A DNA stretch of 63,062 bases, the filler included, from Octopus bimaculoides (Eukaryota), in assembly GCF_001194135.2 (NCBI RefSeq). It is 6 parts of 6 records of this genome, joined end to end, with 100 filler letters (N's around TTAATTAATTAA, not from the genome) between each part and the next. Parts side by side here need not be neighbours in the genome. Positions count along the whole stretch, not along the records: positions 49,483 to 56,161 come from NC_068986.1; positions 56,262 to 59,453 come from NC_068991.1; positions 59,554 to 63,062 come from NC_068982.1; 3 more parts are not named here. One strand, 5' to 3'. Below the pieces are notes generated by a model that saw only the letters and a program-made list of their open reading frames with translations, ran no database searches and had not been told where the DNA came from. The position numbers were made by a program, and so were the translations under genes. The number at the start of each line of letters is the position of its first letter. Positions within the stretch are counted from its first letter, which is position 1. This document shows positions 51,560-63,062 of the stretch, in pieces.

Positions 51560-51754
51560 GAGGTGATTGTGGTGGTAGTGTTCATGGCGGCGGCGGCGGT
51601 GGTGGTGGTGTTGCATGTGTTGTTGACACGACAACAGCGGTAGCAACAAGAACGATAACGAACGGGAAAGCTGGATGAAAAAACGATGAAAATGATGATG
51701 AGGAGAAGGGGGAGGGGAGGAGATGGAGAGAGTAGTAAAAGGTGGAGGGGGGAG

Positions 51755-51786
<32 letters not shown>

Positions 51787-51915
51787 GGTGCAGACGACGA
51801 AGGTACTGACTAAGGCGATGACGATGACGACAGCGATGATGATGATGATGAGGATGGTGATGATGATGATGGTGATGATGATGGCGATGATGATGATGGT
51901 GATGATGATGAACAA
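51560..51915. repeat. Compound GGT/GGC/GAT trinucleotide low-complexity tract
   Basis: Directly visible; gives spurious poly-M/V/I ORFs. Confidence 0.9.
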
Positions 51916-52123
51916 GACGAAAGATAGTTGCTGTCGTCGATATTGGCGAAGAAAAATTGTCAGATCTTCGTCAATTATTTCAGAAGATACCTGTTTCAAA
52001 TCGTTTTTCTTTAAGTTTTACTTTCACTTTCATTATTCCGATATAATTTGTTTGATGTGAAGACGAAAGATTCCTTAATGTGTACTTTCGATTTGTTTGT
52101 GTGTGCGTATGTGTGTGCATATG

Positions 52124-52215
<92 letters not shown>

Positions 52216-52615
52216 GTAGATACGTGTTTACGTACGTGTGCACGCACATGTGTTCCTACATATGTACGTATTGTTGATGCTTAGCTCTAGGTTAGTTCTT
52301 ATCGAACTGAAAGAACTATGATCTCAAATATTCCAGCCATGACGTACCCGTCTTTTTCCTATGTGCAGGCAAGTCGGGGCCACATTAACCAATGGGATCA
52401 ATTTCATTTTTTTTAAGATGCCAGAGGGTTCATGGAGAAATATTTGATTCCTATTTCTAGCAAGCCGAACGACCACGTAGACGCTTCCTAGCTGCTTGTG
52501 TATGTATATGTGTCTGCATGCGTATGGTATGTTGCGCGCGCGCGTGTGTATGTTTGTGTGTGTATAAATAATGTGTTTAATAGATACCACAGAATTTCTT
52601 GTGTAATCAACTAAC

Positions 52616-52646
<31 letters not shown>

Positions 52647-52781
52647 TTAAGGGTAAGGCACAGTCGATAAAGTAAGTACTAGTCAAGTACTAGAATCGAT
52701 AGAATCAATTGTTTTCCCCAGCCCAGCCGCAAATTTCTGGCCTTGTGCTTATGTAAGAAAGCATTACTGAGAGAGAGAGCA

Positions 52782-52836
<55 letters not shown>

Positions 52837-53480
52837 NNNNNNNNNNNNNNNNNNNNNNNNNNNNNNNNNNNNNNNNNNNNNNNNNNNNNNNNNNNNNNNN
52901 NNNNNNNNNNNNNNNNNNNNNNNNNNNNNNNNNNNNNNNNNNNNNNNNNNNNNNNNNNNNNNNNNNNNNNNNNNNNNNNNNNNNNNNNNNNNNNNNNNNN
53001 NNNNNNNNNNNNNNNNNNNNNNNNNNNNNNNNNNNNNNNNNNNNNNNNNNNNNNNNNNNNNNNNNNNNNNNNNNNNNNNNNNNNNNNNNNNNNNNNNNNN
53101 NNNNNNNNNNNNNNNNNNNNNNNNNNNNNNNNNNNNNNNNNNNNNNNNNNNNNNNNNNNNNNNNNNNNNNNNNNNNNNNNNNNNNNNNNNNNNNNNNNNN
53201 NNNNNNNNNNNNNNNNNNNNNNNNNNNNNNNNNNNNNNNNNNNNNNNNNNNNNNNNNNNNNNNNNNNNNNNNNNNNNNNNNNNNNNNNNNNNNNNNNNNN
53301 NNNNNNNNNNNNNNNNNNNNNNNNNNNNNNNNNNNNNNNNNNNNNNNNNNNNNNNNNNNNNNNNNNNNNNNNNNNNNNNNNNNNNNNNNNNNNNNNNNNN
53401 NNNNNNNNNNNNNNNNNNNNNNNNNNNNNNNNNNNNNNNNNNNNNNNNNNNNNNNNNNNNNNNNNNNNNNNNNNNNNNNN

Positions 53481-53519
<39 letters not shown>

Positions 53520-53823
53520 CCCCTCCGTTTTCCAGTAGTCGGTTTTCTCAATTACTACCTCCTCCCTCTGTTGAATCTTCAATCACAATACTTCGCGAAA
53601 AATCCATTGAGCTGTCTGGGAGAATCTTTCTTCTCCAGACCTTCTCTCAGAGTTTGGTGTACATTGTTTAGAACTAACCAAGAGTTCAATGACCTGAAAT
53701 CAGTGAAAATGCATAAATCAAATAAATAAATGAGTTGAACAGAAAACGAATCATGCTATATTGGTCTGTCATTTCCTACCTATCAACTAGTATCTATTTT
53801 TTTAGAAAAAAAATATTTTGTAG

Positions 53824-54627
53824 GGTCGCAGCATCGGAGCCTCAACTTCTCGGGCGACAGTATCTTTTCTCCGGCTCTGCTATACGGCCACGACTTCTTG
53901 TACAGCACCTTTACTACTGTGCACCTTAGCTACTAACTGGTATTTCACATCTTGGTGTCTGGACTTACTTTTAACGTCCTTATTACAGACTCTTTTCTAT
54001 CCTCTATATCTCTTGCATTCACATACATATATTTGTATACACACTCTTTGTTTACACGACGGCCTGTCTCATTGCCATTCCATCGATGTATTTAGTTACG
54101 TCACTTTACGTTTCTTGTGTGTAGTTCTCTAACCAGTGAGACATGGAAGAATACCGTAAAAATCGAGCTAGATGTGTTCCACCAAAGGGAGAGCTATATC
54201 CACAACCCTTTCTAGCGTTTTCGATACTAGTAGGTGGGAACGATGGAGGTATCTTCAGAGAATTGTCCCATATATTTGCAACAGATTGGTCTTTGCTAGG
54301 GGCGTCCNNNNNNNNNNNNNNNNNNNNNNNNNNNNNNNNNNNNNNNNNNNNNNNNNNNNNNNNNNNNNNNNNNNNNNNNNNNNNNNNNNNNNNNNNNNNN
54401 NNNNNNNNNNNNNNNNNNNNNNNNNNNNNNNNNNNNNNNNNNNNNNNNNNNNNNNNNNNNNNNNNNNNNNNNNNNNNNNNNNNNNNNNNNNNNNNNNNNN
54501 NNNNNNNNNNNNNNNNNNNNNNNNNNNNNNNNNNNNNNNNNNNNNNNNNNNNNNNNNNNNNNNNNNNNNNNNNNNNNNNNNNNNNNNNNNNNNNNNNNNN
54601 NNNNNNNNNNNNNNNNNNNNNNNNNNN

Positions 54628-54660
<33 letters not shown>

Positions 54661-55185
54661 GGTTGGTCCGAAGCTAGAGTTGAAAAACACTCGCCTTAAG
54701 TACGTCTCTACGTACACACCACCAACAGCAGCTGCACAAGTTTCTCTCAACACTGTTTGTGTGAATTGCTACACCATGAATAACAGAATTCAACCTGCGA
54801 GACCTCCTGTACCAAGTAACCGGTCGCAGCATCGGAGCCTCAACTTCTCGGGCGACAGTATCTTTTCTCCGGCTCTGCTATATGGCCACGACTTCTTGTA
54901 CAGCACCTTTACTACTGTGTACCTTAGCTACTAACTGGTATTTCACATCTTGGTGTCTGGACTTACTTTTAACGTCCTTATTACAGACTCTTTTCTATCC
55001 TCTATATCTCTTGCATTCACATACATATATTTGTATACACACTCTTTGTTTACACGACGGCCTGTCTCATTGCCATTCCATCGATGTATTTAGTTACGTC
55101 ACTTTACGTTTCTTGTGTGTAGTTCTCTAACCAGTGAGACATGGAAGAATACCGTAAAAATCGAGCTAGATGTGTTCCACCAAAG
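53824..55185 (+). repeat. 364-bp near-identical direct duplication (53824-54187 and 54822-55185) either side of an N gap
   Basis: Constant offset of 998 nt; only ~2 differences seen. Confidence 0.9.
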
Positions 55186-55320
55186 ATGCTTGAGAAAAAT
55201 TCCAAGAACGTACCGGCAAGATCACATAACCAATGAAGACATTCCAAAAGGAACCAACACAACAACGCTTTGCAAATTCATCACAGAAAGAATATTAAAA
55301 TTAGCAGGTCGCACATGGCT
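55090..55320 (+). mobile_element. RTE LINE RT C-terminal fragment
   Basis: SETWK...LDVFHQRCLRKI...DHITNED. Confidence 0.75.
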
Positions 55321-55374
55321 ACCAGAACATACTCTCAGGAATGACTCATCGCAAGCAAGCACAGGTGGAGTCCC

Positions 55375-55530
55375 TGCTCAACCTCACCAATGCCCTATTC
55401 ATGGAGCAAGCTGTTCTCAGACCAACCAGAGCGAATAACCTTCTGGATCTCTACTTCACGAACAATATGGACAATCGTTCATGATGTGAAAGTGACGCCG
55501 ACATTAGTCTCGGATCACAACATAATCGAG
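55375..55530 (+). mobile_element. CR1/L2-like APE endonuclease fragment
   Basis: LLNLTNALFMEQAVLRPTRANNLLDLYFTNN...VSDHNII. Confidence 0.75.
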
Positions 55531-56261
55531 CATTTTAAATATGCATTTTATTAAATATATTAAGACAAAATTTAAAATATCTGGTTTAGCGTAACACTGT
55601 TTGGAGATCAAAACCAGTACCTCTGGGACAAATTTTGCAAAGTGGAACAATGATGCTTTCAGGCTCTAAATTCAAGGGTCTGTGAGATTTATATTTTTTA
55701 TGACGGTACCCGTTAAATATTTATGACCTCCCCCTTGGCTCTCTGCTTCAAGGACCAGCTGAATCTTTTTCGGAAGCCTTTGAATTTCAAATGTTTTTTT
55801 CATCTCTTGTCAACATATAGAGAAAATATTATTAGCATTATTTTACTTGTTTGTCATTGAAGCACGTCTTTGCTGTAGTACTGCCTACAAAGATTTTAGA
55901 GAAATATATCGACCACGGTACTTAATCTAGTACTCATTTTATGGGTCCCTATTTAATAAGTAGCTAAGTTCATCTACATTACGTTCCTTTAGAGGGTTAA
56001 CTCTCTTCGGCTAATTTTAAGTATCACTGGTATTGCCACCAATTGGCATCTGTATTCATATGCATACACTCACATACATAGAGATATATGTATATACATA
56101 TATTTGTGTATGTATATGTGTGTGTATGTATGCGTGCAATATATATATATATATATATATANNNNNNNNNNNNNNNNNNNNNNNNNNNNNNNNNNNNNNN
56201 NNNNNTTAATTAATTAANNNNNNNNNNNNNNNNNNNNNNNNNNNNNNNNNNNNNNNNNNNN

Positions 56262-56302
<41 letters not shown>

Positions 56303-56628
56303 TATGTGTGTGTGTATGTATATATATAAGATGGTGCCCCAACATGGCAACAGACAAATGACTGAAATAAGTAAAAGATAAAAGATACACGCACACACAC
56401 ACACACATACATACATACATACATACATACATACATACATACATACATACATACATACATGCATACATACATACATACATACATATATACATACATACAT
56501 GTGTGTGTGTTGTAATTGTTGTTGTTGTTCAGCCCCAAGTCAGCGCTTATTAAACTGACCTTTAATCAAAGATATTCTACTATGACCATAACATCCTTTT
56601 AGAAATATTTTAGATTATTTTATACAAT

Positions 56629-56930
56629 GTGGAGGCGCAATGGCCCAGTGGTTAGGGCAGTGGACTCGCGGTCAAGGATCGCAGTTTCGATTCCAAAACC
56701 AGGCATTGTGTGTGTTTATTGAGTGAAAACACCTAAAAGCTCTACGAGGCTCCAGCAGGGGGTGGTGGCGACCTCTGTTGTACTCTTTCACCCCAACTTT
56801 CTCTCACTCTTTCTTCCTGTTTCTTGAGTAACGCTGCGATGGACTGGCGCCCCGTCCAGCTGGGGGGAATGCATACACCATAGAAACTGGGAAACCAGGC
56901 CCATGAACCTGGCTAGGCTTTAAAAGGGTG
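56629..56930 (+). mobile_element. tRNA-derived SINE family B
   Basis: tRNA-like head ggaggcgcaatggcccagtggttagggc...gtttcgattcc; contains gcgatggactggcgccccgtccag, reminiscent of V-SINE motifs. Confidence 0.85.
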
Positions 56931-57368
56931 TAAGAAGAGAAATTTTATACAATATTTTTCCTTCCCCTGTTTTGAAAAATTTAGCATGTGACATCAGCAA
57001 GATTTGGCTACTGAGCCTAGTAGGCTCTTCATTAAATTGTTAAGTAATACCAAAACAAACCCAGAAATGTCAAAGTGTCGAATCAAGATTAGACTATCTT
57101 TCTCTACATTCTACCATATATTTCTTTATTAATCTTTATTAATTAAGACTGAGGTGTATCAACACATTTCAAAAATACTTTTCTTTCCTTTTCTGATTCT
57201 GGATTGTTACCCTTAATTTTGATTGGTTGAGTTAGTCATTGTTCAATAATGCTTACCTCTCCTGAACACGATTATGGTCTCAGTTAATTAAAGTTATTGC
57301 TACTACCACATTAAGTACATTATCACTTACTTCCCTAATATGTACTGTACATTATAGATATGAATTTT

Positions 57369-57406
<38 letters not shown>

Positions 57407-57881
57407 ACAACATACATATAGATAGACAGACAGACAGATAGATAGATAGATAGGTAGATAGATAGATAAATAAATAGACAGATAGATAGATATACACACA
57501 CATACATGTATATGTATACATACATACATGCATATATATATATATATATATATATGAAAATCTGTTAATTATGTATTGATATGTATACTTTAGTATGTTT
57601 TTTAATATGGTTAATGTAGTAACAACATGAACATAAAAATACTTTTTGTTGCACTACTTATTATAATCATCATCATCACCATCAGCAACAAAATACCTCA
57701 CCTCAACTTCCCCCCAGTTACCCCCTCACAGCCACACATCTTATTGCCATCAGTGACAATATGACTTAACGATTAATTATTAATGAACATGAGACTAAAC
57801 CAGTAAATTGGAATGAATGTAGCTGATCTGGGTTGTTGATCAATAATATTGAGGATAATATAGCAGCAGCAACAACAACAA

Positions 57882-57965
<84 letters not shown>

Positions 57966-58974
57966 CAGCTGTTGTTGTTGTTATTGATGCTGTTTTGCTT
58001 CAAGTTAGCTCAGTCAAACAGACCTAAGATCAAAAGCAATTCACCAATGACCATCCCCTCTCTTTTTCTTATGTTAAAGGTACCCAGAACCGCATTATAC
58101 AAAATGTCCTTTCCTAAGATGAAAAAAGTGATTTAATGGGATTTGACTGTTATTTTTAGCAAAACATTTTTTTCTCCAGTGCTCTACTGATTCTGTCCAC
58201 CACTGTTATTCTAATACTTATTTGAGACTTATTTGGGTACAGAACCACATACTTTAATGGAGTTTGTAATCAATTTTATCAACTCCAGTACCTGATTGCT
58301 ACTGTATTTTATTCACCCCAGAAAGACAAAAAGAGGAAAAGCCAACATTGACAGGATCTGGGCTTAGATCATAGTGGGGCATAAATGAATACAATAAAAA
58401 CCTTGAATTGTTGCTCAACCATTTCTACCAATCCTTTTCTCTTCTACTCATTCTTATTCAAAGTATATTACAACAAAAGAGCTTTTGAGTGCCAGTCTCT
58501 AACCACATCCTGTTTTGGTCTGAGAAATACTATATGCAGGATTTGGCATCATATTATAGAATACCATAGCTCTCAAGTGACCACTCTCATTGAGAGTATC
58601 TACTTACTATGACTCAACCTAACAAACTATTTATTACTATATTTCTGTTGAAATTATACACTGTCTAGTTTGAATAAAATTTAAAACATTATACAGAGAC
58701 TATCAAGTAATCATTTATCTTTTATCTTTTATCTTTTACTTGTTTTAGTCATTAGACTGAGGCAATGCTTAGGCATCATATTGAAGGATTTTTTTTAGTC
58801 AAACAAATCTTCCCCAGTACCTATTTTTGCAAGCCTGGCACTTACTCTATTGGTCTCTTGCCAAACCACTTGATTACAGGGATATGAACACACCAATGTT
58901 GGCTGTCAAGTGGTGGGGGTGGACAAACATAGACACAAAACACATACACATGGATGTGTGTGTGTGTACTCTCA

Positions 58975-59183
58975 TACTCTTTACTCTTTTACTTGTTTCA
59001 GTCATTTGACTGTGGCCATGCTGGAGCACCACCTTTAGTTGAGCAAATCAACCCTGGGACTTATTCTTTGTAAGCCTAGTACTAATTCTATCGGTCTCTT
59101 TTGCCGAACCGCTAGGTGACAGGGACATAAACACACCAGCATGGTTGTCAAGCAATGCTAGGGGGCCAAACACAGATACACAA

Positions 59184-59214
<31 letters not shown>

Positions 59215-59386
59215 CATATATACGACGGGCTTCTTTCAGTTTCCATCTACCAAATCCACTCACAAGGCTTTGGTCGGCCCAAAGCTATAGTAGAAGACAC
59301 TTGCCCAAGATGCCACTCAGTGGGACTGAACCCAGAACCATGTGGTTGGTAAGCAAGCTACTTACCACACAGTCGCTCCTGCGCCT
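58975..59386 (-). mobile_element. Composite SINE family A
   Basis: As 44950-45382. Confidence 0.85.
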
Positions 59387-59553
59387 ATGTACATCACTCA
59401 CACAAACACAAACATGCATACAGGCACTACCACACACACACACACACACACACNNNNNNNNNNNNNNNNNNNNNNNNNNNNNNNNNNNNNNNNNNNNTTA
59501 ATTAATTAANNNNNNNNNNNNNNNNNNNNNNNNNNNNNNNNNNNNNNNNNNNN

Positions 59554-59585
<32 letters not shown>

Positions 59586-59923
59586 TCACACGCACGTTAT
59601 ACGTATATATAAATATAGCCTTAGGGTGTATCGGTCTTTTCGGTATTAACACGTGTGTGTGTATGTATACGGTTCGGTCATACTGGAAGGAGGGTGCGCC
59701 TGATAGAAATTTAAGTTTCAAAAGACAGATAGACATGACAGTCTCACTAACATACACACAGACAGACTGACAATCTGTCCGTCAGACAGGTGAAGAGTTG
59801 AAGAGACCAAGAGGGAATGGGAGGAGCCGGAGGATTATAAAGTTGCTGATGTTAATAGCAAGTACAAACGTTTGTGAAAATTTTTATATATATACATACA
59901 GTATACATATCTATCTATCTATC

Positions 59924-60012
<89 letters not shown>

Positions 60013-60461
60013 CAGCGTGCGTGTGTGCATACATGTATGTATGTATGTATGTGTGTGTGTATATATATATATAATATAAATAACATATAATTATATGCAT
60101 ATATATATACATATATAATATTCGATTAAATAGAGTTATAGAAAGATTTAATAGTAATGTTCTCCGTAAGAAAAAATTAAGGTGGTTATCGAAAGGGGCG
60201 AAAGAAAATGGTGGTGGTGGTGGTGGCGGCGGTGGCGGTGGTGGCAGTAGTAGTAGTAGTAGTATCTGTTGAGGTTGTGGTTTTACTGCTGCTGCTGATG
60301 AGGTTTGAGAGATGTAATAGTGGCGATGATAAAAAAGTTTGATGTGTTTGGTACTATTTTTCCGATGTGATATTTAGGAGGGTGAGAAAGAAATCGGTGA
60401 TGATTGTAATGTGTGTTGATAGCCCATACTATAGGATGAAATACTGTTGTAATGATCATGT

Positions 60462-60493
<32 letters not shown>

Positions 60494-60495
<2 letters not shown>

Positions 60496-60619
60496 GGCTT
60501 CTTTCCGTTTCCATCTACCAAAACCACTCACAAGACTCGAGGCTAGAGTGGAAGAGGCTTGCCCAATTTGGCACGCAGTGGGACAGAACCTGGAACCATG
60601 TTGTTGGGAAGCTAGCTTC
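60494..60619 (-). mobile_element. SINE family A, diverged and gap-truncated
   Basis: gggcttctttccgtttccatctaccaaa...gtgggacagaacc. Confidence 0.7.
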
Positions 60620-61369
60620 NNNNNNNNNNNNNNNNNNNNNNNNNNNNNNNNNNNNNNNNNNNNNNNNNNNNNNNNNNNNNNNNNNNNNNNNNNNNNNNNN
60701 NNNNNNNNNNNNNNNNNNNNNNNNNNNNNNNNNNNNNNNNNNNNNNNNNNNNNNNNNNNNNNNNNNNNNNNNNNNNNNNNNNNNNNNNNNNNNNNNNNNN
60801 NNNNNNNNNNNNNNNNNNNNNNNNNNNNNNNNNNNNNNNNNNNNNNNNNNNNNNNNNNNNNNNNNNNNNNNNNNNNNNNNNNNNNNNNNNNNNNNNNNNN
60901 NNNNNNNNNNNNNNNNNNNNNNGGGTGTGTAAACAACGAATTGATGTATTTATTAGTTTAACGCTCGGGAAGTGAGAAAGTCATATATATATATATGCGA
61001 AAAAGCTCTGCCGACTACGATACTCAATAAAATGGTAATAAAAGTTTTGAATTTATTCTTCCTGTACAGTCTATTACTGGTCCGCGGTCCTCTGTTTAAG
61101 AATCCCTGTTTTAGAAGATGTAACGGTTGTAGTAAAGGTCATATACGGCTTGTTGCTTTTTACAGAGTTCGAATCTCACCAACCTTAACTTTGTCTTTCG
61201 TCCCTTCAGACAGGGAACCCCAAACCAAACCATTGCACTTGGTCCTGTGTTATTTAGGTCCCTATATCTGTGAGAAACCCACGGGAAACCGACCAGTATG
61301 CTTACACCTGAAGACTACACTGCCTTCAGGGTACTAATAAAGTACTAAATTAAGCAAGATGGATTTCAG

Positions 61370-61580
61370 GTTTTGGCACAAGTCCAACAATTTCGGGACA
61401 CGGGGTTAAGTCGATTACATCGACCCTAGTGTTCAACTAGTACCTATTTTATCGACCCTGGAAAGATGAAAGATAAAGTCGACATCAGCGGAATTTGAAC
61501 TCAGACGTACAGACGGACGAAATGCCGCTAAGCATTCTGCACGGCGTGCTAACGGCTCAGACAGCTCGCTGCCCTTAAAT
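61370..61580 (-). mobile_element. SINE family D
   Basis: ggcacaag...gtcgattacatcgacc...ggaatttgaactcag...ggcgtgctaacg. Confidence 0.8.
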
Positions 61581-62013
61581 TAGAGAATATTGAGGAGAGG
61601 GCTTAATTCGGAGTGTCTCTTCCCCTCAAATTTATCGGCCTTATGTCTAAGTTAATACTAATTATAGTTTAGCCACACTCTGTAACCATAATGGTCTAGA
61701 AAAACCATTCAACACCTGACCGCTTCGATTTCGTTTTTATTCTATATTATCCAAATTGTCAGGGTTTCTTTTTTTTTTTTTACGACGATAGGGTGTAACA
61801 TTTGAGGGAGAGATTTGGTTCCATTCCTAGTAATGTGAAGTGATCACGTAGATGCACCTGCGTTAGCTCGTAGGAGAGGTCCATTTATTTAGTTGAAAGT
61901 GGGTGGGTCGAGGAGAGTAACTAACTATGATGGTTATAAAGTAGATGGAATTGTAGTGTGACGGTGGTTGGTGTAGTGTCACGGTGATGATGATGAGGAT
62001 GGTGTTGATGACG

Positions 62014-62062
<49 letters not shown>

Positions 62063-63025
62063 CGGCGGTGGCGGCGATAGCGGAGTGTCATGTTGGAGGG
62101 TGGTGATAAACAACATAGCAAAGTCAGTAATGTCCGATAATGAGGGGTGGGNNNNNNNNNNNNNNNNNNNNNNNNNNNNNNNNNNNNNNNNNNNNNNNNN
62201 NNNNNNNNNNNNNNNNNNNNNNNNNNNNNNNNNNNNNNNNNNNNNNNNNNNNNNNNNNNNNNNNNNNNNNNNNNNNNNNNNNNNNNNNNNNNNNNNNNNN
62301 NNNNNNNNNNNNNNNNNNNNNNNNNNNNNNNNNNNNNNNNNNNNNNNNNNNNNNNNNNNNNNNNNNNNNNNNNNNNNNNNNNNNNNNNNNNNNNNNNNNN
62401 NNNNNNNNNNNNNNNNNNNNNNNNNNNNNNNNNNNNNNNNNNNNNNNNNNNNNNNNNNNNNNNNNNNNNNNNNNNNNNNNNGTTGAAGTAGGAATAGTAG
62501 TAGTATCAAACAGTGGTGAAGCAGTTGTATTTATGTTTGCGATGATGGTGGTGGTGGTGGTGGTGGTGTCGGTGATAGCAATGGTAACAATGGTGGTAGT
62601 GGTGGTGGTGGTGATCGTCGTCATGCTGGTGTTAGATAATGGTTGACATAATAGCATGGGCAATAGTAGCAGTAGTGGTGCTGGTGATAGTAGTTGTACT
62701 TTAGTAGTTTAAATTGGTTGTGATGATGGCAGTTATATTAGAAGGGAGGTAGTACTGATAGTAAGCAGTAGTCATAGTAGTAGTAGTAATAGTAGTAGTA
62801 GTAGTGGTAGTAGTGTAGTAGTGGTAGTAGTGGTAGTAGTGGGGTGCGGTTTTGGTGGTGACGGTGGTTGTGGTGGTTGTGGCGGTGGGAGACAACATGA
62901 ATATATAGGAGGTGTGGACTCTGACGGATGATAGTAAGAGTGAAAGACAAACGAATAGAAAAAAACAATATAGACTTAAAAGATATATACATATATATGT
63001 ATATATGTATATATGTATATAAGTA

Positions 63026-63062
<37 letters not shown>

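Noticed and set aside
56629-56700. tRNA gene candidates in SINE heads
   Set aside because: No complete cloverleaf; they continue into multi-copy SINE bodies.

Overview
AT-rich, microsatellite- and SINE-laden, gapped draft animal genomic DNA. It is most likely octopus/coleoid cephalopod, inferred from the repeat families and composition. No prokaryotic features or CRISPR arrays. Only two credible host coding exons: (i) a minus-strand internal exon of Golgi alpha-mannosidase II (GH38) at 17859-18006, and (ii) a probable plus-strand terminal exon of an unidentified gene at 878-1050. The rest is decayed transposons (Penelope, RTE, CR1, L1/Tx1, an RLE-type non-LTR, Tc1, rosa DD41D, mariner, hAT, Academ-like, Helentron-like), several SINE families and simple repeats. 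The most striking unexplained structure is about 10 minimal hammerhead-ribozyme-like motifs in 4-5 sequence families with near-palindromic helix III. Six of them sit in pairs on the arms of three inverted-repeat elements: a 520-bp near-perfect palindrome, a tRNA-headed SINE-like inverted dimer, and a Penelope with an inverted terminal duplication. All alignments and folds were done by eye; repeat boundaries are approximate.
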